Shown here in pieces: positions 16,208 through 22,878 of a DNA stretch of 32,000 nucleotides. Origin of the DNA: Nitrososphaerota archaeon (GTDB lineage: Archaea > Thermoproteota > Nitrososphaeria_A > Caldarchaeales > Calditenuaceae). The stretch covers positions 2,714 through 34,713 of the forward strand of contig JAVYLC010000006.1 of the NCBI GenBank assembly GCA_038741355.1, in the 5' to 3' direction. The position numbers and the translations under genes were made by a program. Position 1 is the stretch's first letter; every line of letters starts with the position of its first letter. The notes under the pieces are model-generated. The model searched no databases and had not been told where the DNA came from. It was given only the letters and a program-made list of their open reading frames with translations.

Positions 16208-16630
16208 TTACCCTGTCTCGCGCTTCCACTCTTCCCAGATCCTCTGTATTCTCTCAGCAGCAGGCCCAGACCCCTCAATAACCCCGTCCTTAGTCACTCT
16301 AATCCTATCCATTACAACAATCACACCTGCCTCCCGGATGTACCTAGCCATGTTGGGGAAGAGGGCGTTTATCCTTTCGAAGAGGGAGGTGAGATCGGGG
16401 CCAGCCTCCACCACCTCGATCGTAGAGACGCTGTGGCCTGAGATGAATATCCTAGAGACCGGCTTACCATCGTCCAAAGTGGCGTCGACGAGCCAGAGGC
16501 TGTAGTCTGTAGGGTTGTACGCCGCCACCCTTCCCGTCACCTTTCTTCCATTAGCCATTAAAACGGTCACAACCCTCTCAAGCAATGAGGCGAACTCCTC
16601 GCCAAACTTCCTCGAAGCGAGCGCGGACAT
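16208..16630 (-). CDS. Sm-like domain protein with a C-terminal extension (SmAP3-like)
   Basis: Sm fold pattern 'VVTVLMANGRKVTGRVAAYNPTDYSLWLVDATL...IFISGHSVSTIEV', followed by a ~70-aa extra domain. I prefer ATG 16630, because TTTAAAT overlaps the longer ORF's first ATG (16663). Confidence 0.5.
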   Translation of the reverse strand: MSALASRKFGEEFASLLERVVTVLMANGRKVTGRVAAYNPTDYSLWLVDATLDDGKPVSRIFISGHSVSTIEVVEAGPDLTSLFERINALFPNMARYIREAGVIVVMDRIRVTKDGVIEGSGPAAERIQRIWEEWKRETG

Positions 16631-16706
16631 AAAATATCTAGAAAAACATACAAAAGCCAGCATTTAAAGACATCACTCATCGAGGCTGCATAAGGGCTGG
16701 CTCCGT

Positions 16707-17414
16707 CTATTCAGGCTTATTTTTTGCCTCAGCCAGTTCCAGTAGACACAGAATCCTAGAGGCGGCAACCCAAGCATCTAGTGTGTATTCTGAGATTCTG
16801 ACCTCTCTATCAGCGATCGACCTTACCTCTGGAGAGAAGTCTCCGTGGGGGAAGCAGCCGATTATAAAGATGACTGGCTTAGGACTCTTAGAGGCCTCCC
16901 CCAGCATCTTCATTTCCACCTGAACCCCATTCTCAGAGAGGAGAATCACGCTTCCAGCCCCAATCCCGTCTACCCAGCTCGAGAGGTCTGAATTCAGCAC
17001 GCTGAGCAGGACCTCCCCAGTATCAGACTCAATCACTTTCTCGGCCATCAGCTTCTCAAAAAGACTCTTGAAACGGTCATAGTTTCTCGGGAGTCTAACC
17101 TTGGGGTTCACCCAGATAAGGTGGCCGGACTGGGTATGAATGTATACACCAAGCTTCCCTGCCTTGTTGAGTGGTGAGCCGAGCACTTCGAGGATCGTGA
17201 AGTGGAGGATATCAGGCCGTCCTCTCCTCTCTCCACTGGGAAGCCCTCTCATGGCAGCATGATGGTATGAGGAGTCTAAGAGGGTCCTTGCAGGACTCTT
17301 CCCTCTCCTTTGACAATAGGCGGCCACAGCCGGGTGGCTCCATATCTCCCTCGGAATGAACTCGACCGCAGAGTCCGCGAGGAGAACTATGTATCTGGGG
17401 CTGCCCAGCTTCAT
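16707..17414 (-). CDS. nep1: Ribosomal RNA small subunit methyltransferase Nep1/Emg1 (SPOUT)
   Basis: 'LLDSSYHHAAM...RGRPDILHFTILEVLGSPLNKAGKLGVYIHT...VNPKVRLPRNYDRFKSLFEKL' is a family-diagnostic block (compare M. jannaschii Nep1). I prefer ATG 17414 (MKLGSPRYIVLL); the ORF track extends to 17441. Confidence 0.85.
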   Translation of the reverse strand: MKLGSPRYIVLLADSAVEFIPREIWSHPAVAAYCQRRGKSPARTLLDSSYHHAAMRGLPSGERRGRPDILHFTILEVLGSPLNKAGKLGVYIHTQSGHLIWVNPKVRLPRNYDRFKSLFEKLMAEKVIESDTGEVLLSVLNSDLSSWVDGIGAGSVILLSENGVQVEMKMLGEASKSPKPVIFIIGCFPHGDFSPEVRSIADREVRISEYTLDAWVAASRILCLLELAEAKNKPE

Positions 17415-17457
17415 CTTACGCCCCCTCCATAAGCCCAACAACTCTGTAAGTCGAGAG

Positions 17458-18432
17458 CTAGGCGACCCTTGCTCCCTCTATCTCGTCAAGCGCGCAGAGG
17501 GCTGCACCATATAGTGGCGCCAGATCCTCATGTACCGGCTTGGCTAATCGGGGCTTGTCGAGTAGGAGGAACTTGTCTATCCGCGGAAATACCTCATGCT
17601 GGAAGAAGGCTTCATGTCCTAGGAAGATGGCTCCCCCTATCACTAGCACCTCCGCATCGAATGCGTTAATTACGCCTGCGAAGCCCGCAGCATAGAAGTC
17701 TTTCAGCAGCTCAAACAATCCCATAGCCGCCTTGTCCCTGGCATAGTATAGTTCAAAACACTTCTTGGCGTCGAGATTTTTTTCAATATACTCCTTCTCT
17801 AGGCCTGTACCCTTATCCAACCGACCGTCCCTAAGCAGCCTCTCAGCTAGGCGCGGGATATTAGCACCCGAGCAATACGCCTCCCAATGCCCAAGCCCTC
17901 CACACCCGCAATCCATATAACCCGACGCGTCGATTACGATGTGGCCTATCTCAGCCCCATTCCCCAACTTGCCCAGGATTAGGTGTCCATTATCCACCAC
18001 ACCTCCCCCGATCCCGCTGCTGATAGTGATATAGATTAGATTTCTGACACCTTCCCCCTTTCTAGACCACCACTCTCCGTAGGCGGCTGCGTTACAGTCG
18101 TTCAAGAAATAGTAATCCACGTCCAGCTCCTCTCTGAGGTAGGCGAGAAGGGGAATCTCACGTCCTTTCTCAGCAATATTAGGAGCCTTCAGGATAACTC
18201 CTCTCTGAGTGTCTAGGGGCCCTATGGAGGCCACACCACATCTCCTAATCGAGGACCAGTCTCGGCCTGCGACACCCTTAGCCAACTCTAAGAGCGCCCT
18301 TGGAACCGACTCAGAAGTATCGACCTGAGGCGTCCTCCCACTCTTAATCCGAAGCAACTTCCCCTTCCCGTTGAACAACCCCACTCTCATATTGGTCGCC
18401 CCTACATCCGCTGCAAGGATAAGGCCTTTCAC
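17458..18432 (-). CDS. glk: ROK-family ATP-dependent glucokinase/hexokinase
   Basis: 'LAADVGATNMRVG', 'ISSGIGGGVV' and 'GNGAEIGH', plus the ROK zinc motif 'CGCGGLGHWEAYCSG'. GTG start with TATA ~28 nt upstream. Confidence 0.85.
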   Translation of the reverse strand: MKGLILAADVGATNMRVGLFNGKGKLLRIKSGRTPQVDTSESVPRALLELAKGVAGRDWSSIRRCGVASIGPLDTQRGVILKAPNIAEKGREIPLLAYLREELDVDYYFLNDCNAAAYGEWWSRKGEGVRNLIYITISSGIGGGVVDNGHLILGKLGNGAEIGHIVIDASGYMDCGCGGLGHWEAYCSGANIPRLAERLLRDGRLDKGTGLEKEYIEKNLDAKKCFELYYARDKAAMGLFELLKDFYAAGFAGVINAFDAEVLVIGGAIFLGHEAFFQHEVFPRIDKFLLLDKPRLAKPVHEDLAPLYGAALCALDEIEGARVA

Positions 18433-18507
18433 GAGTCTAAAACGATTTTACGAGGATTAAAGATTACCTCCGTTCTCTACCGCCCTCCTCGAGGGGTAGG
18501 ACACAGC

Positions 18508-18861
18508 TCAGCCACATTCAAACTCTATGGACATAGTTAAGACATTATCGCCTAACCGTAGGATGAGTGGGTCGTTGAAAGGGTTGATCCCCCTAGACTC
18601 TAACAGCCTGACAAGAGAGACGATCCTGTCCCTCGGCATAAGGACTACAATCGGCTCAGGGACAGCAGAGAGAAATTCTCTCCCAAATCTTCTCAGTGCA
18701 TCCAACCGTTCTTGACCTTTTTTCACGGCCTCCTCTACAGCCTCCAAAAAAACATAATCGCTTACCTCCTCCCAGCTCAGCTCCAAGCTAGGCGTGAGAT
18801 CCGGTGCATAGCCCAGCTTCACCCTAACCACCTCTGGCAGCCGCTCCAGATACCTGCTCAT
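18508..18861 (-). CDS. Hypothetical protein (117 aa, acidic, no recognisable domain)
   Basis: Clean ORF with an ATG start and an AAAAATATTT element ~32 nt upstream. Codon usage looks like its neighbours. I recognise no motif. Confidence 0.4.
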   Translation of the reverse strand: MSRYLERLPEVVRVKLGYAPDLTPSLELSWEEVSDYVFLEAVEEAVKKGQERLDALRRFGREFLSAVPEPIVVLMPRDRIVSLVRLLESRGINPFNDPLILRLGDNVLTMSIEFECG

Positions 18862-18933
18862 CGCCCACGCGACTCATCTCCAACTGTCAACAAATATTTT
18901 TTGCCCCGAGACGCGGTACTTTTAAACCGAGTA

Positions 18934-18966
18934 GTGGAGATATAGTTAATTGAGCCTATACTCCAC
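18934..18966. repeat. Imperfect inverted repeat GTGGAGATATAG-N10-CTATA(-)CTCCAC
   Basis: Read directly from the sequence. The arms are 12 and 11 nt (one-base gap). The repeat overlaps the TATA-like GATATAG and ends 15 nt upstream of the molybdopterin oxidoreductase ATG. Confidence 0.5.
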
Positions 18967-18980
18967 ATACATCTTGAGTA

Positions 18981-19589
18981 ATGGGAACAGAGCTTCCACC
19001 CGGCCAAAGATATGTAAGAGACTTCATAATCTACGAGGCACTTGGTTTACCTGAGGTCGATCTTGAAAGCTATCGGCTAAGGATTACCGGCAGCGTTGAG
19101 AGGGAGCTGGAGTTCTCATACGAGACCCTCCTAAATATTCCTGTGAAGACGGCCTATAGGTCAGACTTCCACTGTGTCACAAAGTGGTCTGTGAGGGGTG
19201 TTTTGTGGGAGGGTATTCCGGTTAGATGGTTCGCAGAACAGGCTGGAGTGAAGAATGGTGCTGCATGGGTATTTTTCCGCTGTTTGGACGGCTACATGGC
19301 GCCCGTTCCCATCGAGGACGCCCTATCGGAGAAGGCAATTGTAGTCTTGAAGATGAATGGTGAACCGCTAAAACTGGAGAATGGATATCCCTGCCGGGCC
19401 TTCATCCCCCATCTCTATGGCTGGAAGTCAGCTAAGCACCTCTGCGAGATAGAGTTCTCCACCACGTATGTTGACGGGTTCTGGGAGGCATATGGCTATC
19501 ATGAGAGGGGGAATGTGTGGGAGGAGGAGAGGTTCAAGGGCGGTGTTGGCAGACACGTGAGGAGGAGCCCACTAGTCGGCCGGAAATGA
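18981..19589 (+). CDS. Molybdopterin-binding oxidoreductase domain protein (sulfite oxidase/MsrP-YedY-like)
   Basis: 'LRITGSVERELEFSYETL', 'DFHCVTKWS', 'DGYMAPVPIEDA', 'NGEPLKLENGYPCRAFIPHLYGWKSAKHLCEIEF' and 'GFWEAYGYHERGNVWEEERF'. Confidence 0.8.
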   Translation: MGTELPPGQRYVRDFIIYEALGLPEVDLESYRLRITGSVERELEFSYETLLNIPVKTAYRSDFHCVTKWSVRGVLWEGIPVRWFAEQAGVKNGAAWVFFRCLDGYMAPVPIEDALSEKAIVVLKMNGEPLKLENGYPCRAFIPHLYGWKSAKHLCEIEFSTTYVDGFWEAYGYHERGNVWEEERFKGGVGRHVRRSPLVGRK

Positions 19590-19592
19590 TAA

Positions 19593-20315
19593 CTACAGGC
19601 CTCCACCGTAGAGGAATAGCTGCTCGCTTCCAAATGAAGGAATGAAGACCCGCCGGACTCTTAGATTCTTGAGAAATTTTTTAGCCGCCTCAAGGTGCCG
19701 CCGCCTTCTCACCGGGCCACCGGTCTGCGGAGAGGCAGGCCCAATATAACACGAGCAACGGCCTCCGCACCTCTCAGCAACAAACCTGTAGAGCGCCTCA
19801 AGCTCAACACCTCCACCTAACCACTCCTCCGTCAAATCGAGGACCAAGGCATCATAACGCCCTTCACCCTCCCTGATGAATTTGAAGGCATCACCTATCA
19901 CTAGCTTTACCCTCGGATCCTCAAAGGCCTCCCTTACCCCCGGTATATGAAGGCGGCATGCCTCGACCACCAATGAGTCAATCTCCACAATTGTGACCCT
20001 CCTAATGCTCTGGCCCTGGAGAAGTGCCCTCAGAGTCTGACCACTGCCCCCTCCCAGGACTAGGATGTCTCTCAGGCCTCTCCTTAAAACCGGGCCCACT
20101 AGTGCCTTGTTAAAGACGTGCGAGTCAAACTCGGTGTGCTGCAGGCTCCCGTCTAGGAGAAGCATGACACCGTAGGCCTCGTTCTCTATAATGTCTATTC
20201 GCTGAAACCTTGACTGCCCCCTGAACAGCACCTTTTTAGCATGGTAGACGACGTGAAGTCCCGGATATGGTTGATAGACAATATACTCCGATGTGTCAAA
20301 ACATATTTTGGACAT
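19593..20315 (-). CDS. Spermidine synthase-family (PABS fold) protein, short and divergent
   Basis: 'QSRFQRIDIIENEAYGVMLLLDGSLQHTEFDSHVF', 'ILVLGGGSGQTLRALL', 'VTIVEIDSLVV', 'DPRVKLVIGDAFKF' and 'YDALVLDLTEE'. The canonical GGGDG is GGGSG here, and the protein is ~50 aa shorter than typical SpeE. Confidence 0.65.
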   Translation of the reverse strand: MSKICFDTSEYIVYQPYPGLHVVYHAKKVLFRGQSRFQRIDIIENEAYGVMLLLDGSLQHTEFDSHVFNKALVGPVLRRGLRDILVLGGGSGQTLRALLQGQSIRRVTIVEIDSLVVEACRLHIPGVREAFEDPRVKLVIGDAFKFIREGEGRYDALVLDLTEEWLGGGVELEALYRFVAERCGGRCSCYIGPASPQTGGPVRRRRHLEAAKKFLKNLRVRRVFIPSFGSEQLFLYGGGL

Positions 20316-20339
20316 CCTCTACACCCAGTTCAGATAGAC

Positions 20340-20347
20340 TATATAAT
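20340..20347. promoter_or_regulatory. Shared, near-symmetric TATA box (TATATAAT) for two divergent leaderless genes
   Basis: The element lies 28 nt from the speE-like ATG (20315, minus) and 29 nt from TTG 20373 (plus). The intergenic region is only 57 nt. Confidence 0.5.
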
Positions 20348-20372
20348 CTGTCTAGATGCCAGTTACTCTGAG

Positions 20373-21176
20373 TTGGCGAACACCTTACGTCCGCTCTACA
20401 ACGAGCTGGCAGAGCTCTACGAGACGATAGAGGAGAGGGATTACAAAGCAGAGATCTCACTCATAGACAGAGTGTTTAAGGAGCACCACGTCAAGAGCGT
20501 GATAGATCTCGGGTGCGGGACGGGCATCCATGTGAGGGAGCTGGCCAGACGTGGGTATAGAGCACTCGGGATAGACATCTCAACATCAATGATAAGGGTG
20601 GCCATTAAGAGGGCGCGCGGTCTAGAGCGTGCGAGGTTCGTGAAAGCGGACTACTACACCTATAATCCGAAGACACAGTTTGACGGTGCCCTCTGCCTAA
20701 ACTGGTCGATCCCGGTCACTCTGAATGACGCGGAGAGATTCTTCTCCAACACGGCCCGACTCCTCAGAGAGGGAGGAGTCCTGATAATAGACTATGAGAG
20801 GCCAGGCGATATAGTCTGGAGAGATGTGGGAAGGCCAGTCATCGACGCTTGGAGGTTTAGGGGAGGTCAAATCGTCCGCGTATCGGTGGGAGAGATTAGA
20901 CGCAACGTAATGAAGAGTACAGACGTCTATATTGTCTTCGGGCGGCCTAGAGGATTCAGCCCACCGAGCGAGAGGGAGAGATACTTGGGGAGGTGGAGAG
21001 GCGAGAACGTAGCCGTGTTTCTGGACGTCTCACATGTTAGATTCTATGAGCCTCGAGAACTCGCGAAAATAGCCTCCAGACACGGGTTTAGCTCCCAAAG
21101 AATCTTGTCTATGAAGACGAGGAGAGGATATGTGCGGCTCTACAACATATTCGTCAAAAGGGGAAGCAAAAAATAG
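20373..21176 (+). CDS. Class I SAM-dependent methyltransferase
   Basis: Motif I 'VIDLGCGTGIHVRELARRGYRALGIDIS'. I prefer TTG 20373. The ORF-track ATG 20241 would overlap the divergent speE-like gene by 75 nt and lies upstream of the TATA box at 20340-20347. Confidence 0.75.
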   Translation: MANTLRPLYNELAELYETIEERDYKAEISLIDRVFKEHHVKSVIDLGCGTGIHVRELARRGYRALGIDISTSMIRVAIKRARGLERARFVKADYYTYNPKTQFDGALCLNWSIPVTLNDAERFFSNTARLLREGGVLIIDYERPGDIVWRDVGRPVIDAWRFRGGQIVRVSVGEIRRNVMKSTDVYIVFGRPRGFSPPSERERYLGRWRGENVAVFLDVSHVRFYEPRELAKIASRHGFSSQRILSMKTRRGYVRLYNIFVKRGSKK

Positions 21177-21209
21177 TGTTAATATCTGGCTCATGGATCT
21201 GGATTTACA

Positions 21210-21434
21210 ATGTCACAACCAAAGGAGCGGAGAGCTAGGATTCCTGACCATAGACATTGTGTCATATGTGGTAAGCCTGTTCCTCCTAAGGAAGAATTGT
21301 GCTCTGACGAGTGCAGGAGCGTATATGAGGGGAGGCTAAAGAGGGAGAGAAGAACTCGGCTACTACTCCTGATACTCTATATAGCCCTCCTGGGCTCACT
21401 GTTCTTTTTCTTCTTCCTCCCCAGGCCCGGATGA
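21210..21434 (+). CDS. DUF2116-like zinc-ribbon protein with a C-terminal hydrophobic helix
   Basis: 'HRHCVICGKPVPPKEELCSDECRSVYE' (CxxC...CxxxC ribbon), then a basic linker, then 'LLLLILYIALLGSLFFFFFL'. Confidence 0.55.
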   Translation: MSQPKERRARIPDHRHCVICGKPVPPKEELCSDECRSVYEGRLKRERRTRLLLLILYIALLGSLFFFFFLPRPG

Positions 21435-22436
21435 ATTGATTGTGGCATATGCGACATCCCTCTCGGTATACAGCCCACTCCTTCTCCCCTCGAGGACAAA
21501 GGAATACCCTACACCTGGGGCAGGGTCGGCTACAAATTCGCGTAACTTCAGGGCAGTTAATACATCACCAAGCCTCCTCGACCCGTTAAGGACGATCAAC
21601 ACCTCTTCACCGCTATACACCCTGGGCCTCCACACACCCCACTCAACTTCTCCATTCCTAACATCGGCGACTACTTCCTCGTGTTTAAGATTTAAGGAGC
21701 CATCGTTAAGTATTCTTGAAAGCTTTAGCTTAACTCTGCCTGAGAACACCCCACTAGCTCTTTCTGCGGCGGAGAGTAGGTAATTGATGCTTCCCTTCGA
21801 CTCATAGCTTAGGGAGCACTGAGCACCATGGAGGTAGAGGTTGGATTTCTCAAGACTGATTTTTAAAGCGCTTCTAACAGACTTAACCCACACTACATAA
21901 AGGTCAGGACCGTTGGTCAGCGATATCTTCAGGGAGGGACACCTTAGGACTCCCTTAACATCTTCGCCGGCTCTTATTAAAAGACCACCAACATGTCCAC
22001 TGGGCATAGTTGTGTGTAGGTTAGCTATTGAGTGTAGTTCCACCCTTGAGCCGGGGTTAAAATTAAAAGACGTGCGTAACGATTCACCGAGTTGATATTC
22101 TGTCGCGGTGAGCTCGCCAACCTCTAAGAGGCCGCTGATCGGTCTCTCGAACTCGAGGCTGACATGTAACTGTTCTCCACCGTCCTCTGCTTCGGCTTTT
22201 ATCGATTTTAGCGGTGTCTTACCTGTGCCTAGGGCTAGAAGGATCAGGATGATAGCAGTTACAAATATTAACAGTGCGGGACTAGGTTCCTGACTGTTGA
22301 AAGGGTCCGGAGGCTTAACCAACATAAGTAAGAGCGAGAGCGCTGCAATTATAACACTGGCTATAATTATTTTCCTCCTACTTACTGGTAAAAAAGCCCT
22401 GTATGAGAGCTCAGAGGATAGGTCGACTATCCGCAC
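21396..22436 (-). CDS. Hypothetical membrane-anchored protein (2 N-terminal TM helices + ~250-aa beta-rich domain, acidic tail)
   Basis: TM1 is 'IIIASVIIAALSLLLMLV' and TM2 is 'ALLIFVTAIILILLALG'. The remainder is rich in alternating hydrophobic/polar beta-like segments. GTG start with GCTTATAAGC ~30 nt upstream. No family recognised. Confidence 0.5.
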   Translation of the reverse strand: MRIVDLSSELSYRAFLPVSRRKIIIASVIIAALSLLLMLVKPPDPFNSQEPSPALLIFVTAIILILLALGTGKTPLKSIKAEAEDGGEQLHVSLEFERPISGLLEVGELTATEYQLGESLRTSFNFNPGSRVELHSIANLHTTMPSGHVGGLLIRAGEDVKGVLRCPSLKISLTNGPDLYVVWVKSVRSALKISLEKSNLYLHGAQCSLSYESKGSINYLLSAAERASGVFSGRVKLKLSRILNDGSLNLKHEEVVADVRNGEVEWGVWRPRVYSGEEVLIVLNGSRRLGDVLTALKLREFVADPAPGVGYSFVLEGRRSGLYTERDVAYATINSSGPGEEEEKEQ

Positions 22437-22471
22437 ACTATGATAGAGAATCTCTGCGCATGCTTATAAGC

Positions 22472-22810
22472 TCAGCGTATTGCATATCTCTTAATAAGCC
22501 GCCTCCGAACAACAGTCCCCAAACTTAGCGATACTGCTGCAAATACTACAAGCAGCTGAGCCGCTAAGATATTCCCAGTCAAAAAAGCAGCCATCGCTGA
22601 GAGAGAAGACGCTAAAAAAGTGTAGAAGTAGAACGGTGCATTTCTTTCAGACTGCTTAAAATACTCGCCATGACACTCCCTTAGATGCTTCGAGTTAACA
22701 AGTCTAGTACAGGTTGTTAGGCAAGGGTAACGGGTGGTCATTGCGTCTAGTATTGGGAGCGGCTCACCACATAATATGCACTCACTCGTCAGCGGCTTCT
22801 TCGAGGACAA
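22472..22810 (-). CDS. Hypothetical small membrane protein with an N-terminal CxxC...HxxxxH zinc-finger-like motif
   Basis: 'CILCGEPLP...SKHLRECHGEYF', then two hydrophobic helices ('FYFYTFLASSLSAMAAFL', 'LLVVFAAVSLSLGTVV'). TTG start 32 nt from the shared TATA at 22838-22848. Confidence 0.45.
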   Translation of the reverse strand: MSSKKPLTSECILCGEPLPILDAMTTRYPCLTTCTRLVNSKHLRECHGEYFKQSERNAPFYFYTFLASSLSAMAAFLTGNILAAQLLVVFAAVSLSLGTVVRRRLIKRYAIR

Positions 22811-22837
22811 CTGTGGGGATCAGATTCCATGGGATGG

Positions 22838-22848
22838 ATATATATTTT
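22838..22848. promoter_or_regulatory. Shared symmetric TATA element (ATATATATTTT) between the Zn-finger membrane gene (minus) and etfB (plus)
   Basis: Centred 32 nt from TTG 22810 and 37 nt from ATG 22879. It is the only AT-rich element in the 68-nt spacer. Confidence 0.45.
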
Positions 22849-22878
22849 CGGGTTCTACTTGTGATCACGCGATAACAC

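Noticed and set aside
21130-21339. 69-aa ORF overlapping the end of the methyltransferase gene and the DUF2116-like gene in another frame
   Set aside because: The overlapping frame at 21210-21434 carries a clear zinc-ribbon motif. This frame has none.
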